Below, piece after piece: positions 1 through 8,560 of a stretch of 64,000 nucleotides of DNA. The position numbers and the translations under genes are program-made. Origin of the DNA: a virus; the IMG/VR virus record IMGVR_UViG_3300009183_008543, positions 72,407 through 136,406 of that record. The stretch is one strand, 5' to 3'. The stretch's first letter is position 1, and each line of letters opens with the position of its first letter. The notes below the pieces were generated by a model. The model made no database searches and was not told where the DNA came from. It saw only the letters and a program-made list of their open reading frames with translations.

Positions 1-170
1 GCAATAAAATCATCCACATCAGTATCAATCATATGCCTTTTCTGCTTTATCAATTTCAAACAATAGTATTTCGAATGATCCGAATCATCTTGTTCTAAGT
101 ATCTGCATTGATCTGATGGGTTAGAAAAATCTCCATAACAAACATGCTTTATTTGCTTTAGGCTCAACAT
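1..170 (-). CDS. hypothetical protein, partial (runs off window start)
   Basis: ATG at 170 just after the def stop; open frame MLSLKQIKHVCYGDFSNPSDQCRYLEQ... to the window edge. Confidence 0.6.
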   Translation of the reverse strand, partial: MLSLKQIKHVCYGDFSNPSDQCRYLEQDDSDHSKYYCLKLIKQKRHMIDTDVDDFI

Positions 171-174
171 ATAA

Positions 175-675
175 TCAACTCCTATGAATAGAAATTTGTT
201 TTCCAATTTGTGAAATTAGAATTCCATTAGCATGATCTATTTCGTGCTGACATATAATGCATTTGAATCCAGAAACCTCTTCATCAACATCAATAAGATT
301 CAATGTCGGATCTGTGGGAGAAACCACTAGCTTCTTGCCTTTTAATTTTATCTTTGGAAACCTTAATACTTCATATTGCTTTAATGTTCCATCATCATTT
401 CGAAGTGACAAACAACCTTCTAAATAATTTATTTTTTCGCCTATCCCATCATAACTGCAATTTACAAGATATTCAAAACCAATATCTTTGATGGCGATAA
501 AAAAATTATACGGCACATTGACTTGTGTTGCAGATAAGCCAACACCTCTATTTTTTACGCAAAGTTCCTCCATATGAATTGCCAATTTATAAATATCCAT
601 CAAATCATCTAATGGAATATCTTTGCCAATTGGTATTTCTTCTGGAGGAATTAATTTAAGATTTTTAAAATCCAT
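175..675 (-). CDS. def: peptide deformylase
   Basis: All three PDF motifs: GVGLSATQV, EGCLS, QHEIDHANG. Confidence 0.95.
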   Translation of the reverse strand: MDFKNLKLIPPEEIPIGKDIPLDDLMDIYKLAIHMEELCVKNRGVGLSATQVNVPYNFFIAIKDIGFEYLVNCSYDGIGEKINYLEGCLSLRNDDGTLKQYEVLRFPKIKLKGKKLVVSPTDPTLNLIDVDEEVSGFKCIICQHEIDHANGILISQIGKQISIHRS

Positions 676-677
676 TA

Positions 678-941
678 TTATTCTTTAATAGATGTTAATG
701 TTCCTACAACAGCTTCCACTCTTTGAGATAGCCAATCCTTAAGTGCTACATCATTTTTGCGAAGATCCTTAGGAACTTTCAATATTACCATGTCAACATT
801 ATCTTCTTCATTTAAAAATTTGTCTGCCAAATCTCTTACCAATTTAGAAACAGATACATTTCTTTTCTTGGCAACCGATTTAAGCTTTTCTTGAATGTCC
901 GTATCCATGGACAAACTAAGAATATTTCCTTTTTTACTCAT
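678..941 (-). CDS. ribbon-helix-helix (CopG-like) DNA-binding protein
   Basis: ILSLSMDTDIQEKLKSVAKKRNVSVSKLVRDLADKFL fits the RHH strand-helix-helix pattern. Confidence 0.7.
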   Translation of the reverse strand: MSKKGNILSLSMDTDIQEKLKSVAKKRNVSVSKLVRDLADKFLNEEDNVDMVILKVPKDLRKNDVALKDWLSQRVEAVVGTLTSIKE

Positions 942-946
942 GTTAC

Positions 947-1231
947 CTACTTCTTTTTCTTGTTTGTGCGATTGTCTTTCTTTTCCGTTTTTCGATTCGG
1001 GAAATTCTCACGCAATTTTACTTTCAAACGCTGAAGTTCTGCATCTCTCTTTTTCTTACGCTTCTTGCGTCTCTCGCTTTCATAGAACTCATGTTCTTTA
1101 TAATCATGTAAAATTCCAGCATCGGTAACAGCTTTTTTAAATGTAGCGAACATTCTTCTAAACGCTGTTTCTCTTTCATCTCTAGAACAATTAGGATGCA
1201 AGTCACGCATCTCAACTCTAACAAGCCTCAT
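947..1231 (-). CDS. rpsU: 30S ribosomal protein bS21 (phage-encoded)
   Basis: FATFKKAVTDAGILHDYKEHEFYESERRKKRKKKRDA matches the bS21 core; GAGGTG RBS precedes the ATG at 1231. Confidence 0.85.
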   Translation of the reverse strand: MRLVRVEMRDLHPNCSRDERETAFRRMFATFKKAVTDAGILHDYKEHEFYESERRKKRKKKRDAELQRLKVKLRENFPNRKTEKKDNRTNKKKK

Positions 1232-1239
1232 AAAACACC

Positions 1240-2376
1240 TCAATCTCTGTTAATTTTCAACAATTTAATGCCTAATTTCAAAGGCTCTATCTCACGAACC
1301 ACTTCCTCGTATGAAACCTTTTCATATATTTCGGATGTCATCGGCCAGTTATCACGATCCAACTCTGGTAAAAATAGATTTAATCTACTAACGATGCATT
1401 GCAGAATGTCCTGATTCCACATTTCTATAGTTCCATCAGTTATAATAGTGCTAAATGTAAAAATATGCTGCTTTGGAAGTTCCAAAGAAGATAAATCTTC
1501 CACTTCATAATCTTTAAGATTGTTATATCTAGATCTTTCATCTATACAAAGAAATGGAGTTCTAGCCATCATAGCGAAACGAGAAATCCCATTAAATACA
1601 TCAAGTACACAACCAGATGTACGCATGGCGGATAAAACCTTAGTGATATCCTTATCATTAAAAAACAAACAATCATCTATAAATTCTGGCGATATATCAT
1701 ATGAAAAATTGCTTTGCCATATGACTGGCACAAATCCATTAGCGATGAGCTTTTTGGTAAGTGCTATCCAGAAATCTTTTTTAGACCTAACATTTGTAGA
1801 CTTTCCATTGTGCCATAATTTGCAAAATATAGTTGGAGAAAACAAAACCTTAAATCCAGCCCTATTGTTGATTTGCCTTACAAATTCTTTTCCAAGAATT
1901 GAACTTGAAGGAACAAAAGGAAGAAAAACTTCTATATCTTTTTCTGTAAACTCTTTTTTCAATCCATTAAAATAATTGACAGAAATCTCTTTTATATCAA
2001 TGACATTTCTGAAAAACTCATTCAAATTTCTTTTATATACAGTTATAATATCGCATGTATTTTCGAAGCCAATGGCTTTTTCATATATGCGACTTATTTG
2101 ACCTTCATCTGAAAATCCCCAATACTCATCAACATATGGGAACAAACCAGCCATTCCCGGATAAGAACAAAGAATAAAATATTTTGATGTTTTGTTCTTT
2201 TTTCTAAATACATGCAGAAACAAAGAAGATAAAATAAACAAAGTGCAAAAATCGCCAAAAAATGGAATAATGCAAACATCACCAAAATCAGTTGGAATGT
2301 TTTTCTCTTCATATCTTTCACGAACAAATCCATTTCGTTGCGATGCTCTTTTAAGAAAATCTGATACATTATTCAA
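1240..2376 (-). CDS. putative glycosyltransferase (GT-B / family 9-like, divergent)
   Basis: LFPYVDEYW, FWIALTKKLIANGFVPVI and GISRFAMMARTP resemble heptosyltransferase-like GT-B motifs; weak. Confidence 0.45.
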   Translation of the reverse strand: MNNVSDFLKRASQRNGFVRERYEEKNIPTDFGDVCIIPFFGDFCTLFILSSLFLHVFRKKNKTSKYFILCSYPGMAGLFPYVDEYWGFSDEGQISRIYEKAIGFENTCDIITVYKRNLNEFFRNVIDIKEISVNYFNGLKKEFTEKDIEVFLPFVPSSSILGKEFVRQINNRAGFKVLFSPTIFCKLWHNGKSTNVRSKKDFWIALTKKLIANGFVPVIWQSNFSYDISPEFIDDCLFFNDKDITKVLSAMRTSGCVLDVFNGISRFAMMARTPFLCIDERSRYNNLKDYEVEDLSSLELPKQHIFTFSTIITDGTIEMWNQDILQCIVSRLNLFLPELDRDNWPMTSEIYEKVSYEEVVREIEPLKLGIKLLKINRD

Positions 2377-2377
2377 T

Positions 2378-3508
2378 TTATACTTTCCTCCACCAATAAT
2401 CTAGTTTTTCTGTGTTCATTCTCACCATGTCGGGATTGTCTATCATTGCTATTTTTGTTTCAAAATTTCCAGATGTAATTTCTTGAATTGCTTCTTTGGC
2501 AACTTTAATTCCTTGATCTTCGTCATTTGTCAATTTGAAAAAATTTGCAATAACTATCTTCTTTTTGTCATAGTCAGTAGTCAAAATAACACGCATTCCT
2601 TCCTGACCATGACCAACTAATTGATCTGCACTCTCGAAAAGTATCCATGGTGTTTTTACCATTGATGCAAGGCGAGTTGATGCTGTGTAAAACTGTATAG
2701 TAAATTTACATTGAGATAATATTGCCAAAGTAAACTCTAAATCTCTTGCCTCTTGCCTATTTGTAAAATCAACTATTGAATCATCTGGACATGGATATAC
2801 ACTTTGTTTTTCACCCATCCAAATTGGGTTATATCCCATCGATTTAAGCAAATTGATAAGGCTCTTATAAAATTCAATACTTAAATTTCTTCCATATCGC
2901 TTTCTGTTTCTAGCAAAAATAGCAACAGAATTTTCTCGCATGATAAGTTTCGCTTGTTCCTTCTTGCCTTCGCTTGGTTTTGGCGTTGAAACAAATCTTT
3001 TTTTACTTACACCCAAATCACCAAACAAAGGCTTCACCAAATTGGTGCTTGAACATTTATCACACTTTGTATCAATGTGATTGTGCGATACAAAATAATT
3101 CTTACATTCAGTGCAAAAATATTGCACACACAATTGAGCCATAGAACTGCCAGTAACCACACGACCAAATTGACTTAACTTAATTTCAAACTTACTTATA
3201 TTTCTTGAATCATTACGAAAAGCATCAGAATATTCACGCAACCATTGGTGGTCTTCATCTAACTCCCAATACTCATCAGCTATCTTACTATAAAGAAATT
3301 GTCTTCCATACCAACCGACCACTATCACATAACAATCTGGATTTGCATGAATTATTTGAGGCAAACAAAAGCATATTCCTATAGTCTCGACTCCAAATTC
3401 GTAAAAAGATGGAACCAACAATATCTTCCTGTTGTCGGTTGGTTTAACTCTATTGGTAAATTTATGAATGTGAAAGTTAAGAGATTCTAACTTTCTTTCT
3501 GGTATCAT
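2378..3508 (-). CDS. putative glycosyltransferase (family 9-like) with a Zn-ribbon insertion
   Basis: Similar layout to the neighbouring gene (IADEYW, FYKSLINLLKSMGYNPIW, TASTRLASMVKTP) with CTEC...CDKC insert. Start moved to MIPERK (3508) because a separate ORF occupies 3553-3732. Confidence 0.45.
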   Translation of the reverse strand: MIPERKLESLNFHIHKFTNRVKPTDNRKILLVPSFYEFGVETIGICFCLPQIIHANPDCYVIVVGWYGRQFLYSKIADEYWELDEDHQWLREYSDAFRNDSRNISKFEIKLSQFGRVVTGSSMAQLCVQYFCTECKNYFVSHNHIDTKCDKCSSTNLVKPLFGDLGVSKKRFVSTPKPSEGKKEQAKLIMRENSVAIFARNRKRYGRNLSIEFYKSLINLLKSMGYNPIWMGEKQSVYPCPDDSIVDFTNRQEARDLEFTLAILSQCKFTIQFYTASTRLASMVKTPWILFESADQLVGHGQEGMRVILTTDYDKKKIVIANFFKLTNDEDQGIKVAKEAIQEITSGNFETKIAMIDNPDMVRMNTEKLDYWWRKV

Positions 3509-3552
3509 TTTAATTCTACTACCAGAAGCATAATCATAAGCTGGTAGTAATT

Positions 3553-3732
3553 TTAATTTTTTATTGGGAGTTGTTTTGCTATTTGACCACATTTAGGACA
3601 CCTAAATCTTCTGAATTGCTTGCATTTAGTACAAGACTTATATTCAAACAAATCCTTAACTTGCTCTGGCTCATTGTCTACGACTCTTGACCAGCTACAT
3701 TTGACGCATTTTATAATATGTCTGTTAGCCAT
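3553..3732 (-). CDS. small Zn-binding protein, 59 aa (not in ORF track)
   Basis: MANRHIIKCVKCSWSRVVDNEPEQVKDLFEYKSCTKCKQFRRFRCPKCGQIAKQLPIKN; three CxxC; start overlaps the upstream stop. Confidence 0.7.
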   Translation of the reverse strand: MANRHIIKCVKCSWSRVVDNEPEQVKDLFEYKSCTKCKQFRRFRCPKCGQIAKQLPIKN

Positions 3733-4126
3733 ATGTAAACCTATTAGACTTAAGCCAATCTGAAAATTTTATATCTTCTCCATTTTGAGCGAAAATAAAA
3801 TCAATAATGTAAAAGTCAGATGACTTCGAAATGATTATCATCCGAGGTTTTTCTACTTTATTTAAGAAATTAATGATTTTATTTTTCGCAGAAGATTTTA
3901 TCTTTAGCGGTGTTTTTCCATAAATACATGATAATTCTCCATTTGAAGTGAAAGAAACTTCAAATGCATCATCGACAATTCTAATGCTTTTAACTTTGTA
4001 TGATTTTCCAAAATTTTCAATAATAGAAGATTTTTTATAATAACCAATACCATTTACAGCACAATAAAGATGAGCAGATATGAGAACAAATAGAATTATC
4101 AATAAAAAATTTCTTTTACTCATCAT
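3725..4126 (-). CDS. hypothetical protein with N-terminal signal/TM segment
   Basis: Hydrophobic N-terminus NFLLIILFVLISAHLYCAV. Confidence 0.6.
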   Translation of the reverse strand: MMSKRNFLLIILFVLISAHLYCAVNGIGYYKKSSIIENFGKSYKVKSIRIVDDAFEVSFTSNGELSCIYGKTPLKIKSSAKNKIINFLNKVEKPRMIIISKSSDFYIIDFIFAQNGEDIKFSDWLKSNRFTYG

Positions 4127-4140
4127 ATCCGCATAAGTTT

Positions 4141-4743
4141 TTACTTTTTGGTGTCTATAGTGCTGCCGTTGAGAGAATCGCTCAACTTATCAATTTCTTT
4201 AAACATCTTGTCAATTGCAGATTGTGCGCTCTTAGAATCTTTTCCAAGAGTTTCATTTTTCTGCATTTCTGACAACATGGAATGAAGTTTTGATTTGAGT
4301 TCAATCAAATCATCTAAAAGCTTTCCATTTGTGAAATTGTTTTCTGGCTTAATCTTGTTGTCTTTTCCAATAGTATTTGGATAAACAGGATTGTTTGTAT
4401 TAGCCATTTTTTTGCTATAACTCTTGATCTTTTTTTTGCTTGGAGTTTTCTCCTCAGTCAAAAAAACATCAGATTCATCAGATTGATCGGAATAAGAATT
4501 ATCAGAATAAGATTCCTTATTAGAAAAAGATGAATCGCCAAGCGTTACCATAACATCTTTCCAATTAGAAATATCTGAATCTGTAATTTCAGTATCTTTT
4601 CCTGTCATCTGACCAAAAAAGTCAACTTCTTTATTGTTGTTATTTGTTTGTTGTTTTGGCTTTACATCATCAAAGATGCCAGCAGCCAAAGCTTTATCCC
4701 ATTGTGCGCTTAATTTATCAATATCATCTTTAAAACTAGACAT
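4141..4743 (-). CDS. hypothetical protein
   Basis: Long ORF; likely start MSSFKDD at 4743. Confidence 0.6.
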   Translation of the reverse strand: MSSFKDDIDKLSAQWDKALAAGIFDDVKPKQQTNNNNKEVDFFGQMTGKDTEITDSDISNWKDVMVTLGDSSFSNKESYSDNSYSDQSDESDVFLTEEKTPSKKKIKSYSKKMANTNNPVYPNTIGKDNKIKPENNFTNGKLLDDLIELKSKLHSMLSEMQKNETLGKDSKSAQSAIDKMFKEIDKLSDSLNGSTIDTKK

Positions 4744-4864
4744 TCTTTTCACCATTCTTTCTTCCAAGCAGTTTGTCAACCAATTGTTTAACCCAGTCTG
4801 GTTGAGGTAAAAAATTCCATCCTATTATCAATCCAGCCACAAAACACAATATGTAAGTAACCAT
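4736..4864 (-). CDS. small membrane protein, 42 aa (not in ORF track)
   Basis: AAGGAG RBS, then MVTYILCFVAGLIIGWNFLPQPDWVKQLVDKLLGRKNGEKNV; one TM helix. Confidence 0.65.
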   Translation of the reverse strand: MVTYILCFVAGLIIGWNFLPQPDWVKQLVDKLLGRKNGEKNV

Positions 4865-4941
4865 ATGACTCCTTCATGTTTAATTTATATATTGTTTGTT
4901 TTTTGATATTCCCTTACAATTAAATAATAAAGGAGAAAAAA

Positions 4942-5892
4942 ATGCCTCACGATCATATGATTTTTTCTGTAGAAGAATGCGAAAACGCAACACTAATTCC
5001 CGAAAAAAATACAGCAATAATAGCCACATATCAAGGTCCGATAAAACTTCTCATGCTGACACTATTCAGCCTCCTTCTTAGGAGTAATCAAAAATATCTT
5101 GAACACATCATAGTTTGCATCAATGGTCCAGACACAAGATGTGGAGACCCATCACTTCAAGACAAAAAACAGAAATTCCTTGAAGAACTAAGAAATATGA
5201 AGTGGGAAAACAAAGACATGCCATTGACCGTCATAAGGGCATGGAGCAGAGTTGGACATAGCCAAGCACTAGAAATGGCAATTCCTTGGGTTCATACAGA
5301 ATACTACACAATCATGCATGATGACATCGTTGTGTTGGAAAATGATTGGTGCGAAGAAGCTAATGAAATATTTAAAGATCCCAAGGTTGCCATTGTACAA
5401 AATGGAGTTCCATATTTTGGAGCATGTGCTGAAATAGTCATGGATAAAACCATGAATTGGATTGAAACGGCACATATGAACTCCACATTCATCATGTGTA
5501 AAAAATCAATTCTCACAGAATTAGGATGCAGATGGTATGGATATTATATTAAAAAAGATTACAGTATGAAGAATATAAATTATAAAGAATATAAAAACAA
5601 AAATATACAGTACAAATCAAATATTGAATTTCCGAAAGAAAATAGCGACTACAATGGTATAAGTTTTGACATAGGATCTTGGGTAATGTACAAAATAAAA
5701 AACAATAATTACAAAATTGAAATTTTTTCAAATAAAAAAATAGAACATTTTTGGAGTGCCAGTTGGACTCCAGATAAAAATTATCTTGAGAACACGGAAA
5801 TCCAATACAAAAATGTGTTCGAAAGTATTGAAAAAGAAATAAACAACCATCCTCAGTTCGCAGAACTTTACAAAAAATACAATAATTCTTAA
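4942..5892 (+). CDS. glycosyltransferase family 2-like protein
   Basis: AIIATYQ, IIVCING, GHSQALEMA, YYTIMHDDIVV (DxD-type) GT-A pattern; AAGGAG RBS. Confidence 0.7.
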   Translation: MPHDHMIFSVEECENATLIPEKNTAIIATYQGPIKLLMLTLFSLLLRSNQKYLEHIIVCINGPDTRCGDPSLQDKKQKFLEELRNMKWENKDMPLTVIRAWSRVGHSQALEMAIPWVHTEYYTIMHDDIVVLENDWCEEANEIFKDPKVAIVQNGVPYFGACAEIVMDKTMNWIETAHMNSTFIMCKKSILTELGCRWYGYYIKKDYSMKNINYKEYKNKNIQYKSNIEFPKENSDYNGISFDIGSWVMYKIKNNNYKIEIFSNKKIEHFWSASWTPDKNYLENTEIQYKNVFESIEKEINNHPQFAELYKKYNNS

Positions 5893-5902
5893 GGAGTTAA
5901 AT

Positions 5903-7558
5903 ATGCTTACATACATCAAAGAACTTGCCATAATACCACAAGATACATGTGAAAAACTTGCTGTTGTTGTCACATACAACCGTAAAGAATTTGTATCTAA
6001 ATGGTTGAAAGCTTGGAACAATGCAGAGCATTATGGCGTTAAACTAGCTGTAATTCATACATTTGAAGGCGATAAACCAAAACAAGATGAAATGGAAAAT
6101 ATACTTCAATATAAACCAACCTATTATATTCCAGTACATAATAGCATATTAAGAGATTTTGGACCACTTATGATGGTTCTGAAAAATCTCACAGAACTTC
6201 CAAATTGGGAATATCTCTTCTGGTTCACAGACGATATGCTTCCGATGAGAAGAACATTCCTTCGTCCTTTTGTTGAAAAAATAATCTCACCAGATGTTGG
6301 ACTTGTAGCTCAATGTTATGAACCAAAAACTACATCTGGTGGCGGTGGACACATAAGAACCATAGCCTATGCGACAAAAAGAGAAGTAACCGACAAGCTT
6401 AAACTTCCAGATCCAAAAATACAAGGTGGAAATTGCGGATTTGCATTTGAATACCACGCAGGAAGCCACATACTAGAACAAGTGACTAATCTAGGATATA
6501 GATTCGAATTAGCACATGGTGGTCTTCCCGATTCTTTAGGCTATCAGCATTGGACTTCATTCCTTGATTGGATGTGGGATTGTCATCTTCTTGGTTCTTG
6601 GACAGAATATTTGGATGTTTATGAAGAACAATTCAAATCAATTCAAAGGATTGAACATGCCTCTGGTAAAATTGAAACTTTACTTTCTATTGGCGAATGC
6701 GAAAAAAGAACTTTAAGTCAAAAAAAATTATCATTTTTGATCGAATCCTCTTATTTTTCATCTTCGTGTGATTTTGTCACTTGTATTGCTTCTATTTTAA
6801 ACAATTTCCCAAACAAATATCTAGAAGAAATAATCATCGGAATTCATGGAAATGATGAAGATGTATTAGATCAAAAACAAATAATTTTACAAGAAATTAA
6901 AAAAAATTGTTCAACCATACCAATCTCTTTTATTCGAACATCTAATGGAACTAAATCATCAATAATAAAAGATCAACTTGTATTGATGTGTAAAAGTGAA
7001 TCTTATGCACTTCTAGATGACACGGTAAAAATTGAAAAAGGAGATTGGGAAAAGCATATGGATAATTTTTTCTCAAATGATAATTTAGCAATTATTTGTT
7101 GGCAAAGAAATAATGCCACAAAACTTAAATGCGAAAATGAAAAAATGCAAATGCCAAGTATATCCGATAAATTCATTATATGTAAAAAACATATAATGAA
7201 AGAAATTAATGCAAGTTGGGAAGATTATGAAATTGAATTTAAATTTGGAATAAGCAATTTTGTCAGTTATAATAAATTTATACAATGGCATGAAAAAAAT
7301 AAAAGTATAATTAGCAGACGACCAGAAGAAGACAAGTATTTTGAAAAAATTGTATTAAAAAGCGGTTCATTTGTAATTGATAAAATTATAAATAACAATT
7401 ACACAATTGATAAAATTGATGCAGAAATGATTGTTGAAATAAAAGAATCAGATTGTGGAATTTTTAGAAACACAGAAATAAACAATAATTTTTTTGTTAA
7501 TATTAAAAACATCATTGAGATAGAAAAGTTAAATTCTCAGGAACAAGTAATTTCTTAA
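5903..7558 (+). CDS. two-domain glycosyltransferase-like protein
   Basis: N-domain AVVVTYNR...FWFTDDMLP; C-domain resembles the upstream GT2 (KYLEEIIIGIHG...DQKQ vs KYLEHIIVCING...DKKQ). Confidence 0.65.
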   Translation: MLTYIKELAIIPQDTCEKLAVVVTYNRKEFVSKWLKAWNNAEHYGVKLAVIHTFEGDKPKQDEMENILQYKPTYYIPVHNSILRDFGPLMMVLKNLTELPNWEYLFWFTDDMLPMRRTFLRPFVEKIISPDVGLVAQCYEPKTTSGGGGHIRTIAYATKREVTDKLKLPDPKIQGGNCGFAFEYHAGSHILEQVTNLGYRFELAHGGLPDSLGYQHWTSFLDWMWDCHLLGSWTEYLDVYEEQFKSIQRIEHASGKIETLLSIGECEKRTLSQKKLSFLIESSYFSSSCDFVTCIASILNNFPNKYLEEIIIGIHGNDEDVLDQKQIILQEIKKNCSTIPISFIRTSNGTKSSIIKDQLVLMCKSESYALLDDTVKIEKGDWEKHMDNFFSNDNLAIICWQRNNATKLKCENEKMQMPSISDKFIICKKHIMKEINASWEDYEIEFKFGISNFVSYNKFIQWHEKNKSIISRRPEEDKYFEKIVLKSGSFVIDKIINNNYTIDKIDAEMIVEIKESDCGIFRNTEINNNFFVNIKNIIEIEKLNSQEQVIS

Positions 7559-8105
7559 GGCTTTCTTCAGTTACAATTACTTCTCCAAATTGTCTGTGCC
7601 ATCCTCGTCTCTTGCCCTTATATACAGTATTTCCTTCAAGGAAATACTGTATAGCCTTACGAGTTCTTTCAGCATAAAAGTTGCTATAAAGAGCCTCTTC
7701 AAAATTATCTAAAGAAATATCATAGGAACTAGAAGATCTCAATAAAATTGTAAATAAGGATCTTCTCATCGTGTATTTCAGCCACCACTTACTTGGCTTT
7801 ACATACATAATATGTTTTTTTTGAGTAGGACCAAAAATACTTTTTTCTTGAACATTTAAAATCGTTTCTATTTTTTCAAAAAAAGCATTTAGTGATTTAT
7901 TTCTTGAGACTGGATGAGCATAAAAAAATAGTTTGGCATTATACATTTGATTGTGCCAAATCTCTCTGCAATGATACCAATTCTTGACAACATATCTTTC
8001 GTTTTTTATTCCATTCGGTTTCCCGAAAGAACCAATAGAAGGACGATATACAGTATCGATTAAAATCATATCACCAATATTATTCGCTTTTTTCTTTGTC
8101 ATCAA
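7512..8105 (-). CDS. hypothetical protein
   Basis: ORF in the minus-strand run after dnaE. Confidence 0.55.
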   Translation of the reverse strand: MMTKKKANNIGDMILIDTVYRPSIGSFGKPNGIKNERYVVKNWYHCREIWHNQMYNAKLFFYAHPVSRNKSLNAFFEKIETILNVQEKSIFGPTQKKHIMYVKPSKWWLKYTMRRSLFTILLRSSSSYDISLDNFEEALYSNFYAERTRKAIQYFLEGNTVYKGKRRGWHRQFGEVIVTEESLKKLLVPENLTFLSQ

Positions 8106-8559
8106 TGCTATCTACGATTTTTGCTGTTATTTTACACTTTTTATTCGATGCGTCTAAAAACTCATCCATGTTTTTTACATTTATCAATACCCAATGAGGA
8201 TCATTTGAAGGAAAATTTTCTTTTTGTGTATAATAAAAAGATTCCAAAGTATATTTGTAAACCTTTTTTTCAACATCTTCTTTAGTCATTCCATAAACAA
8301 GATCATCACAAACTTCTCTTACTATACGAATAGATTCCTTTTCTGTGGCACAACCAAGATTCCTCATTACAGAAACAGCTGCTTCTGCTTTGTCTTTATG
8401 CAACAAATCAATTATATTTTTCTTCATAAGACCATCAATAAATTCAGCAATTGCGGTATACTTTACCATAATCTGACCTTTTTGTGGCTTATGTCTTCTG
8501 ACATCAAAAAAATACTGCTCAAAGTTATTCTCATCAATAATCAATTCTGAATCGCTCAT
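8080..8559 (-). CDS. hypothetical protein
   Basis: Starts immediately after the dnaE-C stop; GAGG RBS. Confidence 0.6.
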   Translation of the reverse strand: MSDSELIIDENNFEQYFFDVRRHKPQKGQIMVKYTAIAEFIDGLMKKNIIDLLHKDKAEAAVSVMRNLGCATEKESIRIVREVCDDLVYGMTKEDVEKKVYKYTLESFYYTQKENFPSNDPHWVLINVKNMDEFLDASNKKCKITAKIVDSIDDKEKSE

Positions 8560-8560
8560 A

